From the IMG/VR virus record IMGVR_UViG_3300007734_000758: a DNA stretch of 64,000 nt. One strand, given 5' to 3'. This document shows, in pieces, positions 19,640-30,206 of this stretch. A program made the translations under genes and the position numbers. Below the pieces are notes generated by a model that worked only from the letters and a program-made list of their open reading frames with translations, was not told where the DNA came from and did no database searches. The number at the start of each line of letters is the position of its first letter. Within the stretch, counting starts at the first letter, position 1. The DNA comes from a virus.

Positions 19640-20369
19640 ACGTTTTTTTCATCCAATAGTGTGTTAAGTAATTATCTTTATTATTCGGTATGGCATTATA
19701 TTGATATACCCATCCTACTTTAGTAAATGTCATATTTTCATCCAAGACTTCTTTGCGAGCCATATCTGCCATACTAAATTCCCATGGTAGAAGTTTTAAC
19801 TCTACATTGTTTTCTCGAAGTAAAAAATTAACTACTGGTTGGTCCGTACCTACGTGATATTGTTGTAATTGTTGTATACTTTCTTTATGAAGTAAATAAA
19901 AGTCTAGTATCGCTTTGAAATATGGTTTATGGGTTTCATTAAAAATTTGAAATCCACCCATGTAATATTCCCAAAAATTAAACATTTTGCCATTGAATAA
20001 GTGTTTAGAATAATTTTCTATACTACGCAATACCCAATCATAACTTCCATCAGCATGAACCCCTGTAAACTTTCTTTCTGTTAACTCAAAAAAGTTCGGG
20101 CATTCTGGATGTATAAATGAATCGGCATCTACCATTAATATCTGATCATACTCAATACCATTAGCTTCGAGCAAGTCAAACACGTAATACCGTTGCCAAG
20201 TTATTTTCATTTCTTCTACTGGCATAAGTAATTGATCTAAAACAAATAGATCGCAATTGTTTTTATCGCACCATTTTTTCCAACTAGCCAGTCCATAATT
20301 GTAGGTAGTGCTTCTACTTTCCGATCCAGCAACTGTTATCGCCGGGATAAATACTATATTCTTTTTCAT
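19614..20369 (-). CDS. GT8/GT34-like glycosyltransferase
   Basis: WQRY, YDQILMVDAD, DQPVVNF. Confidence 0.7.
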   Translation of the reverse strand: MKKNIVFIPAITVAGSESRSTTYNYGLASWKKWCDKNNCDLFVLDQLLMPVEEMKITWQRYYVFDLLEANGIEYDQILMVDADSFIHPECPNFFELTERKFTGVHADGSYDWVLRSIENYSKHLFNGKMFNFWEYYMGGFQIFNETHKPYFKAILDFYLLHKESIQQLQQYHVGTDQPVVNFLLRENNVELKLLPWEFSMADMARKEVLDENMTFTKVGWVYQYNAIPNNKDNYLTHYWMKKTYEYFYGNE

Positions 20370-21235
20370 GAATTATACTCGTTTAATATGTTATCAAATT
20401 TACCATCGTTATAAAGCTTTTCGATTTTTGAAATATAATCGGGTGCTAATGTGTTGGCGTTTGATAACAATCCACGTTCACATTCTATAACATAATCACT
20501 AACTCGATAATGATCGGACATGTACTTTATTTTATCATACAAATTAAGTTCTGCCATTTTATGTATAAAACTAGAAATATATTTGTTCCAGTCAGTTAAA
20601 GCGTTATAGTCAGAAGGGGTAGTAACTTCTCCTTTTCGGCTTAAAGTAATTTTCGATAAATCAAATTTACCTCCAATGTAAGATATAACTTCTGGCTTGA
20701 AAAACTCAAAACTACCTCTAATAGATAGTTGTCTAGGTTGTCTTGAATTAGATATAACCAACCAATTAGTATCAGACGCTGGTTTGGATTTCCAGCGGTC
20801 GTGTTCTTTAAAATTATCGAGTAAATTGATTTGATTAGTTACCGCGTCATAAATTAATCTATCATTCAATATTAAAGCATCGTCCCCGGCAATTAAGATA
20901 CAATCGTATTCTGTATAATCTATATTATCTAACCAAGTATTTGCAGCTTGCCACTCACAACCACTTTCTCCCTCAATATACATCCATCCTAGATTATTTA
21001 AAAATTCAACAGTAACTGGAGTCTTATATAAAATACAATCTAATATATCAAGGAGGTTTTTAGAATTTAAGATTAAATTCTTTTCATTGTGTGAGTGTAT
21101 TGGATCGCGGTGACCAACTACAAATAAATGCATTTCCCAACCTTCAGGTAATGCCTGCTTTGCCAATGCTTGATAAAAATGAGAAGGATAATGCCACCCG
21201 CAGACAACTACTGCAATTTTATTTAACATTTTCAT
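20366..21235 (-). CDS. putative glycosyltransferase
   Basis: IAVVVCGWHY, GDD, RGSFEFF; island context. Confidence 0.5.
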   Translation of the reverse strand: MKMLNKIAVVVCGWHYPSHFYQALAKQALPEGWEMHLFVVGHRDPIHSHNEKNLILNSKNLLDILDCILYKTPVTVEFLNNLGWMYIEGESGCEWQAANTWLDNIDYTEYDCILIAGDDALILNDRLIYDAVTNQINLLDNFKEHDRWKSKPASDTNWLVISNSRQPRQLSIRGSFEFFKPEVISYIGGKFDLSKITLSRKGEVTTPSDYNALTDWNKYISSFIHKMAELNLYDKIKYMSDHYRVSDYVIECERGLLSNANTLAPDYISKIEKLYNDGKFDNILNEYNS

Positions 21236-21764
21236 AATTAATTATTAGTTTGGATATGCTAGTTCTATTGCCTCCCATTATTTCAAAGTCGAAAATATTA
21301 CTACCAATTTTATTATGATATGTTAATAACGTGTTTCTGTTCATTCTAGGATGCATATCAGCGCCGCCTTCAATTAACACAACGGCACCGTTTTTAATAC
21401 ATTCATAAACAAATTTATTTTGAATAACTACTTGATCAATAAGTTCCCACGTGTTATCTATATCCACAATAAGTAAATCGAATTTGAAGGGATTTTTTAG
21501 AAAGGAATTAAATACATCATCTTGTATCAATTTTATTTTTTTAGCCGGCATAGACGTAGATGAACTACTAATTGTCAATTCGGGGCTTTTTAAGTCATAC
21601 CCAACTAACTCCGAATCAATTGGCATTGCCTGTGAAATTACATTAGTGATGTACCCAGCACCATATCCTAATTCTACAATTGTGGCCGGCTTTAATTCAT
21701 ATACAAGTTCAAACACAGCTAACTGTATTTCGCTAGTATATTTATAATGGTTTATAAAATTCAT
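21219..21764 (-). CDS. class I SAM-dependent methyltransferase
   Basis: VELGYGAG, FDLLIVD. Confidence 0.75.
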   Translation of the reverse strand: MNFINHYKYTSEIQLAVFELVYELKPATIVELGYGAGYITNVISQAMPIDSELVGYDLKSPELTISSSSTSMPAKKIKLIQDDVFNSFLKNPFKFDLLIVDIDNTWELIDQVVIQNKFVYECIKNGAVVLIEGGADMHPRMNRNTLLTYHNKIGSNIFDFEIMGGNRTSISKLIINYENVK

Positions 21765-22681
21765 AAATTTATTTTAACTTTTGTTATTATATACCTAACG
21801 TCGTCGTCTGTCAAGGCTTCGTGAAATGGAATACTGACAGTAGCAGCAGCGACTTCTAATGATTTAGGACAATCAAAAATAACATCATTACAATATACTG
21901 GATTAATATGCTGTGCTTCATAATGAATGCCGCAAACAATATTAGCTTCTTTCATGCGTTTCATAAAACTAACGCGATCAGTAACAGTTATACGATAAAG
22001 ATGATCACTTGTATTGTTATAACCTAATTCTTTATTATAAATATCCCTAATCTCTTTTAATCGTATTTTCTTTGATTCCAAAAGTTTAAGATTTTCATTA
22101 GCAATGTACGCCTGAATACTATTCATATAAAACTTATATCCAGGTAATATTGTTTTTCTGTCCCAGTTGTTCGCAGAAAATGACATTCCGTTGAATGAAA
22201 GTGTTCTAAGATAATCAATCTTTTCTTTATCGTTGCTTACAATAATACCACCATCACTACTACCTACAGGTTTGGTTGGATAAAAACTAAAAAACATCAA
22301 ATCAGAATCATTTGCTTCATCAGCAAATTGGTTTTTATCAACCCGCTGGGCGGAATCAATTATCTTATAATCAGAAAATTCATGCAATATATAAGAACCG
22401 CCTACCCAATCAACATCATCAATAAATTCAACAGAATTTCCAGAAGTAATTATGGCATTCAACACTACTGGAGGAATTAGTGATGGTACTTTTATTGTAG
22501 TATTTTTTCCTAATAGCATTAAAAAGATAGCATTAGTTGCACTGTTAATGGACACTGCATACTTTGCGCCTACATATTCAGCAAATGTATTTTCAAACTC
22601 CGTAACGTTACTACCATGCAAATAGTGTGAGAATTTGCTAGTATCGATTGTATAGTTTGGAATGTTAAATAGTTGTATCAC
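21761..22681 (-). CDS. DegT/DnrJ-family sugar aminotransferase
   Basis: NSAT, DSAQ, SFYPTK, DGG. Confidence 0.88.
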   Translation of the reverse strand: MIQLFNIPNYTIDTSKFSHYLHGSNVTEFENTFAEYVGAKYAVSINSATNAIFLMLLGKNTTIKVPSLIPPVVLNAIITSGNSVEFIDDVDWVGGSYILHEFSDYKIIDSAQRVDKNQFADEANDSDLMFFSFYPTKPVGSSDGGIIVSNDKEKIDYLRTLSFNGMSFSANNWDRKTILPGYKFYMNSIQAYIANENLKLLESKKIRLKEIRDIYNKELGYNNTSDHLYRITVTDRVSFMKRMKEANIVCGIHYEAQHINPVYCNDVIFDCPKSLEVAAATVSIPFHEALTDDDVRYIITKVKINL

Positions 22682-23384
22682 CTAAAACGCTCCTTAATTT
22701 TTCAATGTTCATACTAATATCACTAGGTACCGGTTCATTCACAATTTCTCTAGATGCTTGTAATATAGTAAAATTTTCTCGTATTACAAAATCATAAACA
22801 CTCTTTCTTTCACCACCCAAATTGTATATACCATAAACTTCTTTTTCAATCAACTTATATAGAATTTTTGCAGCATCAGAATGCCATATACTACTTTTAT
22901 ATGAATCCGTAAATGCTTGGTTATGTGTGAATGGATATTCCATCATGCCCATACGCAATATGAGTGCTTTGTTATACAACATTGCAGCACATTCACCCCC
23001 AAGTTTAGACCATGCATATTTATTTACTGGATATACACCATCTTCTTCTGAATAGTTACCCGCAGTTCCTGGATAAACGTGGTCGGTAGAAATATATACA
23101 AACGGGATATTCTTTTTCATACAGGCCAATACACAGTTCGAGGTACCTATAATATTTAATTGTATACTAATATCAGGCGAATTTACGTGTATATTCATTG
23201 GCCGGGAAAGTGCAGCTGCGTGTACGAATATTTCGGGTTTATATTTTGTTAACGCTGCGTCGACCGAATCATAATTAGTTATATCCATTTCAGATTTTGG
23301 TAATGGATATAATTCATGTTCCGTATTTTGTCTAATCAATTCTTTGGCAAACCGACCATCACCGCCCGATATAACAATACGCAT
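22665..23384 (-). CDS. RmlD-like NDP-4-keto-sugar reductase
   Basis: HAAA, ISTDHVY, P.NKYAWSK.GGE. Confidence 0.82.
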   Translation of the reverse strand: MRIVISGGDGRFAKELIRQNTEHELYPLPKSEMDITNYDSVDAALTKYKPEIFVHAAALSRPMNIHVNSPDISIQLNIIGTSNCVLACMKKNIPFVYISTDHVYPGTAGNYSEEDGVYPVNKYAWSKLGGECAAMLYNKALILRMGMMEYPFTHNQAFTDSYKSSIWHSDAAKILYKLIEKEVYGIYNLGGERKSVYDFVIRENFTILQASREIVNEPVPSDISMNIEKLRSVLGDTTI

Positions 23385-24322
23385 TATTGAATTCCTTTGA
23401 GTAGGTTTAACGTTTTTATTATTTCAATATCTAGTTTATCGGAAGATTCGAATCCAGTCGATTTGAATTTACGATCATCTACATGATAACTAAATTGATT
23501 TAATAACGGTGTATGTACCATACTTATCTTGGTATCTGGTAGTGTATGCACTATCTTATCTACAATATCCTTCAATTGGTAATTGTCAGTAAGAACATTG
23601 TATTTAGTATAACATAGACTTGAATCTAACTTCAATGAATGCTTTATGGCCTGAACTGCATCATTTAATCCTAAATATGGTCGTACATGTTCATAATTCT
23701 CTTTCCATACTGTTATTGGCACTCCTAGTGAAGCCTGCCAGCAAAACTTGTTTATCGCTGTATGAAAACGCATACCTTTACTACAACCAAAAATAGTACC
23801 GAATCGTAAGATAATATATTCTAAATTATCTTTTTTAGATTCTAAATATTTTTCGATATCTAACTTTGAACTTGCATACGGACTTTGCGGATTTTCATAT
23901 TTTTTATCATCTTCATTAACTAGATCTGCAGATACCCCATAAACACTAGTAGATGATGGAAATATAAAACGTTTAACTTTAGATTCAATACATTTATCAA
24001 TGAAACGTTTAGTCTGTTCAATATTGATATCTTCTACCTGCGATTTATTTTTAACGCTGCCGGCTGCATCGGTTATAGCGGCTAAATGCACTACTATTGA
24101 ACCTGCAGGAATATCTATATTCAAGAAATCGTCTTCGATGAATTTAATTCTAGATTTCAAATTAAAAATCGAACAATATCGTTGCGTTAACATATTATCA
24201 ACACCGATGATATTCACATTAAATTTTTCTGGGTAAGTATCCTCCCAATGAAATGAGTCGATTAAACGTGAACCAATATGCCCGCATGCGCCGGTTACGA
24301 TTACTGTATCAAAGTTTTCCAT
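23384..24322 (-). CDS. NAD-dependent epimerase/dehydratase
   Basis: TGACGHIG, HLAA, SSTSVYG, YASSK. Confidence 0.88.
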   Translation of the reverse strand: MENFDTVIVTGACGHIGSRLIDSFHWEDTYPEKFNVNIIGVDNMLTQRYCSIFNLKSRIKFIEDDFLNIDIPAGSIVVHLAAITDAAGSVKNKSQVEDINIEQTKRFIDKCIESKVKRFIFPSSTSVYGVSADLVNEDDKKYENPQSPYASSKLDIEKYLESKKDNLEYIILRFGTIFGCSKGMRFHTAINKFCWQASLGVPITVWKENYEHVRPYLGLNDAVQAIKHSLKLDSSLCYTKYNVLTDNYQLKDIVDKIVHTLPDTKISMVHTPLLNQFSYHVDDRKFKSTGFESSDKLDIEIIKTLNLLKGIQ

Positions 24323-24728
24323 ACTGTTTTATTTTTAAAAAATCATCGAAGTTGTGTATATAATCATTAGTATCATAATGTGTACTACATATAGAAAAGA
24401 GTACTGTGTCGATTGAATTGTATATCTGCTCATCCCATATTAGATTGGGTACATACAACGCATCACCAGAGTATAACTCTACCGTCTTTTCATTGATACC
24501 ATCATGTACTTTACATGAGATATGTCCCGACAAGCAACACAATAGTTGTTTTGTTTTGTGATGTGCATGCATACCCCTAGGATTTAAATCAGGTACCTGC
24601 TGTACGAAAAATACACGCTTTGGTTTGAACAGCATTCCTTTATCGAACTCAAATGGACTCAATATACCATTAGGCTCGATTATCTGTTTCATTTTCACTA
24701 AAAAAACATCATTAATTGTAGTACTCAT
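24309..24728 (-). CDS. FdtA/QdtA-like cupin sugar 3,4-ketoisomerase
   Basis: KRVFF, RGMHAH, Y...DY; likely start MSTTIN. Confidence 0.85.
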   Translation of the reverse strand: MSTTINDVFLVKMKQIIEPNGILSPFEFDKGMLFKPKRVFFVQQVPDLNPRGMHAHHKTKQLLCCLSGHISCKVHDGINEKTVELYSGDALYVPNLIWDEQIYNSIDTVLFSICSTHYDTNDYIHNFDDFLKIKQYGKL

Positions 24729-24729
24729 A

Positions 24730-25113
24730 TTATTTATTCTCCGTATCCCATTCTTCACCGAAAGAACCTACCTTTGCTCGTATTTCATCATCCGGATTAT
24801 ATTTTTCAGTCAAATAATACATCAAAATAGAACCAGGCTCTAAGGCCTTGTATCCGTGATATATTCCAGGAGTAATCTTCAATACTTTGAAGTTCTTATC
24901 AGATAAATAGTGCCACTCTACTCCATTTTCTTCGGTAGCAAGTCCCACTTTAAAGGAACCCTTCAAACAAATCCAATAATCAGTCTGTATATTATGTTTG
25001 TGCCATGCCACTACATGTTCAGTTGAATTTACATATGATATATTTATCTGACCATTAACTTCAGGAAATATATCTAATAAACGTTGTGCTCTATCATCTT
25101 CATTAAAGTGCAT
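24730..25113 (-). CDS. RmlC-like 3,5-epimerase (cupin)
   Basis: D.R, AWHKH, PGIYHGY, YNP.DE. Confidence 0.78.
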   Translation of the reverse strand: MHFNEDDRAQRLLDIFPEVNGQINISYVNSTEHVVAWHKHNIQTDYWICLKGSFKVGLATEENGVEWHYLSDKNFKVLKITPGIYHGYKALEPGSILMYYLTEKYNPDDEIRAKVGSFGEEWDTENK

Positions 25114-25114
25114 A

Positions 25115-26293
25115 TCAAATAAACTTTACTATGGGTACATGCGTAATAAATTTACCGCCCCGATTTACAAATTTTGATTCTTTATTCATTATTTCTGTTG
25201 CAAAATTCCAAGCGCCTAAATACGCTACATCAACATCATCTTCAATACCATTAGTATTTTTTATGGGAATATGCGAACCCGGAGTCAGTTTGCCTTGTTT
25301 TTCCGGAGTGATATCAATAACATAATCAATCAACTTATTATCAATCCCACAATAATTGAATACTGTAGTAGACTTAGATGTCGCTCCATAACTAATTACC
25401 TTTTTACCTAACTCTTTACATCTAACTATCAACCCAACTAAATCCTGTTTCGACTGTTCTACTTTATCAGCGAATTTAACGAATGTTTCGAACTTATCCA
25501 AACCCAACATTCGTTCAAACTCGATATTATTTAATACACTAGGATCTATGTATTTAACATTTTTTGTTTTCTGTGCATAGATTCTATTAGATCCACCATG
25601 AACTGAAATGTTTTCTACATTGACAATTGTTAACCCATTCCTGGATAATAGATTGTGCAAAGCTAATACCGAAAATACGTGCGGATGTTCATCATATATT
25701 TGGTCATATGAATTTGTATTTATCACCTGTGCCAATGAAGGATCTTCAAAAATAAACATACCGTTATCGGATAAAAGAGTATTTACTGCGCTGAACGTTT
25801 CATCTAGGTCCGGTATATGACAAATACAATTTGCAGCAAATATCAAATCCATCGGGCCGTGTTCATTTAAAATTTGTTTCGATAGCCTCATATCCCAGAA
25901 TTCTGGATATGTTTTATACCCCATTGCATTAGTTTCTGCAGCAAAATTACTGCAGGGTTCAACGGCAAACGTACTATTTGTATCCCAATTTTTTAAGAAC
26001 ACTCCGTCGTTACTTCCTATTTCTAATACAGTTTTAGGGTTTAAATCTTCTTTGACCTTACCGCTGAATTGCTTAAAGTGTTCTACCATTGTCTTTGACA
26101 TCGAACCTCGATATGCATAATTTTCATTAAACATTAATGGAGGATCGACATATTCCATATGAGTAACTAATTTAGTATCATCATCGAAACCCACTTCTAA
26201 TTGATAGAAATATTCATTTTCAATTTCTGAGGGATGCAAAAATCCGTTTGCTATTGGTTGCTTTCCTAAATCTAAGAATTTAATTTTATTCAT
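25115..26293 (-). CDS. NDP-hexose C-methyltransferase; likely start MNKIKFLDLG
   Basis: DLG.QP.AN, EIGSNDG, HIPDL, YDEH, HGGS, YGA.SK, AWNFA. Confidence 0.88.
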   Translation of the reverse strand: MNKIKFLDLGKQPIANGFLHPSEIENEYFYQLEVGFDDDTKLVTHMEYVDPPLMFNENYAYRGSMSKTMVEHFKQFSGKVKEDLNPKTVLEIGSNDGVFLKNWDTNSTFAVEPCSNFAAETNAMGYKTYPEFWDMRLSKQILNEHGPMDLIFAANCICHIPDLDETFSAVNTLLSDNGMFIFEDPSLAQVINTNSYDQIYDEHPHVFSVLALHNLLSRNGLTIVNVENISVHGGSNRIYAQKTKNVKYIDPSVLNNIEFERMLGLDKFETFVKFADKVEQSKQDLVGLIVRCKELGKKVISYGATSKSTTVFNYCGIDNKLIDYVIDITPEKQGKLTPGSHIPIKNTNGIEDDVDVAYLGAWNFATEIMNKESKFVNRGGKFITHVPIVKFI

Positions 26294-26322
26294 AGCTGTA
26301 ATATATAATTTTTTTTTATTGA

Positions 26323-27003
26323 TTACAAATTGATATCTTTTAAATTTTCTACATGTTTTATATGTTCCCAACCTGCCGACAACCGTAGTCCTTTCCGTAC
26401 GGCATTCCAATATGGTTTCTTTTCTCTGTCAATCATGTATATTTTGTTTTCATGTCCTTGAATCATTTGTGTACCGACAATTTCAAATTCCCAGGGACTC
26501 CAGTTTGATAACATACATTTACGTAAAAATGAAGTCTTCCATATGGAAGGCTGTATTGAAGTTAAATAAGTACTCTCGGGAGTGAGTCGTAAAATTTTAC
26601 GACCGCGAACATCTCGTCCTACATCAACGGTTGAATATGCCCTAGTACTATTAACCTCTAACATTATTTTGTTAGCACCGACACTCTTCATATAATCTAT
26701 ATGTAGTTGAATTTCTTCGGCAGTAATAGGTTCCGTAAAATAATAATCCTCTAAAATAAAAAAGGTATATTCGGTATCAATACTATTTAGTGCTTTTAAC
26801 ATTCGATCCGACCATGGAAGGGTATTACACGTTACCCATTTGTATCCTTCATATTCAGCAGTTTTGTTTTCAGTAACAAAAATTTTATCGCATTCATACT
26901 GCCAATAACGATTCGTTAATGTGACAAAATTGTCCCACAACACACTATATGAATCACAGGTTCCGATCAATAATGTTAATTCATTCATTCTACTTTTATA
27001 CAT
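26323..27003 (-). CDS. putative glycosyltransferase
   Basis: CDSY..LW, WSDR, LEDY, QPSIW, SPWEFE. Confidence 0.55.
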   Translation of the reverse strand: MYKSRMNELTLLIGTCDSYSVLWDNFVTLTNRYWQYECDKIFVTENKTAEYEGYKWVTCNTLPWSDRMLKALNSIDTEYTFFILEDYYFTEPITAEEIQLHIDYMKSVGANKIMLEVNSTRAYSTVDVGRDVRGRKILRLTPESTYLTSIQPSIWKTSFLRKCMLSNWSPWEFEIVGTQMIQGHENKIYMIDREKKPYWNAVRKGLRLSAGWEHIKHVENLKDINL

Positions 27004-27775
27004 TTATCTTTTTACCTATAATAAAAATATTATTATGTTTTGTAATTTTTGGTGTTTCTTGATGTACAGTAATATCAAAGTATTCGGTACATTTCTGTAA
27101 TAAGTAATTATTTCTAGGAATGTTTTGGAAATTGCCCGCAGCAATGTATATATATTTAGAATTTTTTATTATCCTATCGAAATAAAAATCAATTCCGACC
27201 TCATCTAACTCATTTAAACAAAAATTACTAATTACTAAATCAGTATATAATTCCGGTACATTATTACTATCAATAAAATTAGCATTTACTTCTAATTTTC
27301 CTAGATAGGTTTTGCATAATTCTAAACATCCAGGTATATCAATACACGTATAATCCGCGTCTATAAAATCTTTTATTATTTTACACTGGCCTCCGTAACC
27401 AGAACCAATTTCTACAATTGACTTGATATCGAAAAAATTAGAAATTATGTGATTCAAATGGTTCATGAAAATTAACGTACCTGTAGATATATTTAAATCA
27501 TATATTTCATGAATTATGGGATTTCCGATTTTATCATTTTGTAAAAATTTATCGATGTATTTTTGATCTAACAGTTTAGGGTTGGTATTTTTAATAGTTT
27601 CGTATATTGTTATACCTATCTCCCCGTCTCGTACATCATTCCCAATAACTCCCGTAAATGCGCGATGTCGTTTAAATACATCGATCTGATTTACCAAACT
27701 ATAACAAATTTCATTAAAGTTTGTCTGAGGACCGCCGGGCCAGCCGCCATTATATTTTGTATACATGCTGTTCAA
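26996..27775 (-). CDS. putative sugar O-methyltransferase
   Basis: EIGSGYGGQC, DLVISN..L.E. Confidence 0.7.
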   Translation of the reverse strand: MNSMYTKYNGGWPGGPQTNFNEICYSLVNQIDVFKRHRAFTGVIGNDVRDGEIGITIYETIKNTNPKLLDQKYIDKFLQNDKIGNPIIHEIYDLNISTGTLIFMNHLNHIISNFFDIKSIVEIGSGYGGQCKIIKDFIDADYTCIDIPGCLELCKTYLGKLEVNANFIDSNNVPELYTDLVISNFCLNELDEVGIDFYFDRIIKNSKYIYIAAGNFQNIPRNNYLLQKCTEYFDITVHQETPKITKHNNIFIIGKKINV

Positions 27776-28632
27776 ATTAATTGTTTAATTTCATCTATAC
27801 TAAATTGCTCTACTTCATTAGAATACGGTCCAGTTTCTAAAATTCGCTCATGCAAATTTTCTCCCGGTTGTAGCCCAATAGAAATAATAGGAATGTCTTT
27901 GCCATCACCGTATTTTTCAATCATCGCCCGCAATAAATTTTTTATACTCATAGACTTCATTGCAGGACAATATGGTGTGGAATCCGTTGCATAGTACATA
28001 CAATCTGCTATTAATTCGATTGCCTGATCCACAGTCCAGAAAAATCTAGTTGCTTCCGGGTCGGTTACTGTTACTGCTTTTCCCTGTTGAATTAGATCTT
28101 TCCATTTACAAAGTACCGATCCGGTTGAATATAGAACATTTCCATACCTAACAATTCTATATTCACAGGAAGGATTAATAGATTCATACTGCTTGAAGAG
28201 ACGCTCCATCAAAAATTTAGTGGCACCGTAAACTCCAGATACCTGCACTGCTTTATCGGTAGAAATACCCAGTACAAATTCTATTGTATTAGAATTTAAT
28301 GATTCTTCTAATACATTCAATGAACCGATAATATTTGATTTAACATTTTCACGTACAAATTTTTCTGCTAAGCCTACATGTTTCGATGCGGCTAAGTGAA
28401 ATATACCAGTAACTTCCTGAATAGCTTGCATTACCTCTAATTGATCGAAAATATCACCCGGGTATATTTCGATACTAGGATATGACTCTTTTAATTGAAT
28501 TAATTTTCCCTCATCGCGTGCCATAATTCGAACCCTGCCGCCATTATTCAAAATAAATCGTACTAGCGATTCTCCTAAAAAACCACTACCGCCAGTTATT
28601 AAGTATATTTTATCTCGTTTTATCGTTATCAT
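27772..28632 (-). CDS. PseB/CapD-like UDP-sugar 4,6-dehydratase
   Basis: TGGSGFLG, RDE.K, KHV, STDKA, YGATK, RYGNV, TRF. Confidence 0.88.
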   Translation of the reverse strand: MITIKRDKIYLITGGSGFLGESLVRFILNNGGRVRIMARDEGKLIQLKESYPSIEIYPGDIFDQLEVMQAIQEVTGIFHLAASKHVGLAEKFVRENVKSNIIGSLNVLEESLNSNTIEFVLGISTDKAVQVSGVYGATKFLMERLFKQYESINPSCEYRIVRYGNVLYSTGSVLCKWKDLIQQGKAVTVTDPEATRFFWTVDQAIELIADCMYYATDSTPYCPAMKSMSIKNLLRAMIEKYGDGKDIPIISIGLQPGENLHERILETGPYSNEVEQFSIDEIKQLI

Positions 28633-29527
28633 TTACATTGCCTATGTGTTTTAAAATATATTCTATACGTCTGCCCGGTGTATGATGTTGTAAAATATTG
28701 TTATATCCATTCATCATTATATCCAACAGTAAATCCTTGTGTTCTAAATAAAAACGTATCTTTTCTTTTAACTCTTCTTTAGAGTTCCAAGATATATAAT
28801 GCTTGTTCTCGTGCAATTCAGGAAACAATATGCTATATTTTTGTGCGAACAAACAGGAACGATTTGCCATAACTTGCCACATTCTTGCATTACATTCTCC
28901 ACCTCCATGCGCATCGATAGTTATGCATGCATCTTGAATTGTTTCTAAGTAGTTCTTGGCATATCCTGTTATGATAGTATAACCCTCACTACGTAATTCA
29001 TTGCATGCGTCAATAGCAAGTTTTCGAAGTCCGGTATCGGTCTGCCCGAACGCACAAAGAACATCTATAGTTTTTTTATCTTTTGGTTTAGAAAAATCGT
29101 CGCTTGTCGCTGCAAACGGTAACGGTATAACATTTTGATCTAAATATTCAGGTAAGCATTCTCGTTTGAAGTACCACTTTGCTTTTTGTTTAAAGAGAGG
29201 GTGGAATTGTTCTTTAGTTTTAGACGGATATCCGGTGTAATTATATTCACTACCATCAATATACACCGTTTTATCCCAACCATTAACTTTATCGATTAAA
29301 TAATACTTGGGTTCAGGCACCTTATTGTCTATACATTTGCCCCACAAAGCGAAGATATAATCACATTCAGGATATAGTGATATAAACTTATCATCAGATA
29401 TAGTCTCGGTTACACCATTACCCGGAGAAGTAAAGTACGCTTCGATCTTTAATTCCCGTAGCCCTTCAATAATAGCGGCAGCTAAATAATCGAATTTATT
29501 TACCGGAGTAATCACTAAAATTTTCAT
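28610..29527 (-). CDS. glycosyltransferase (GT-B, CgeB-like)
   Basis: YFKRE, R.WQV, GY..IL.HHT. Confidence 0.65.
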   Translation of the reverse strand: MKILVITPVNKFDYLAAAIIEGLRELKIEAYFTSPGNGVTETISDDKFISLYPECDYIFALWGKCIDNKVPEPKYYLIDKVNGWDKTVYIDGSEYNYTGYPSKTKEQFHPLFKQKAKWYFKRECLPEYLDQNVIPLPFAATSDDFSKPKDKKTIDVLCAFGQTDTGLRKLAIDACNELRSEGYTIITGYAKNYLETIQDACITIDAHGGGECNARMWQVMANRSCLFAQKYSILFPELHENKHYISWNSKEELKEKIRFYLEHKDLLLDIMMNGYNNILQHHTPGRRIEYILKHIGNVNDNDKTR

Positions 29528-29533
29528 ATATTT

Positions 29534-30202
29534 TTATTTACCTCGTAACTGTACCCAACCACGAACCTTTTTATGCGGTAACCAACATTCTCTAACTATC
29601 AAGCAACTTGCACCTTTTTTGTGGTTTTCAATAAATTGTCCTTCCTGGCCGCCCCATTTTCCATCACCGCCGTTAAACGTATTATGAATATTAAAATATT
29701 TATCAGTCGCAAATCTATACTTTTCATAATGTTCGCGGGTCATAGCAAAAAAGAACCCATTGCAATGTTCTAATATTGTAGTACCAACGTCCGGCTTTCT
29801 AGCGAACTGTGCATGCAAGCCAGTACCGTCAGTGAGTGCGGAGTACACAAAATTTTCCGAACCATCGTGGCTTTCGATAAAATCTATAAGTTTATGGATC
29901 GATTCGTTTATTAACATGTCATCACTACAATTCAATATCAATTCACACCCATCAGAATATGCACAATGCATTCCCTTATTCCATGCGCCCGTAATACCTT
30001 CTAGCATTTGATCTTCAATACGAATTACGTTTGCATTTTCAGGTAAGGTTAGTTGCTTCGTTGATGCGTTATTAACTACATATAAGCTAAATTCGACTTT
30101 GCAATGACTGTTTAACGTACTACAAAAGTTTGTAATCAATTCCCCACCATTGGGTCTGTATTCATCAGAATAATGTGCTGTAACTACAAAACCTATTTTC
30201 AT
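29534..30202 (-). CDS. putative GT2-like glycosyltransferase
   Basis: VVNNAS, GAWNKG, SDD. Confidence 0.6.
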   Translation of the reverse strand: MKIGFVVTAHYSDEYRPNGGELITNFCSTLNSHCKVEFSLYVVNNASTKQLTLPENANVIRIEDQMLEGITGAWNKGMHCAYSDGCELILNCSDDMLINESIHKLIDFIESHDGSENFVYSALTDGTGLHAQFARKPDVGTTILEHCNGFFFAMTREHYEKYRFATDKYFNIHNTFNGGDGKWGGQEGQFIENHKKGASCLIVRECWLPHKKVRGWVQLRGK

Positions 30203-30206
30203 AACT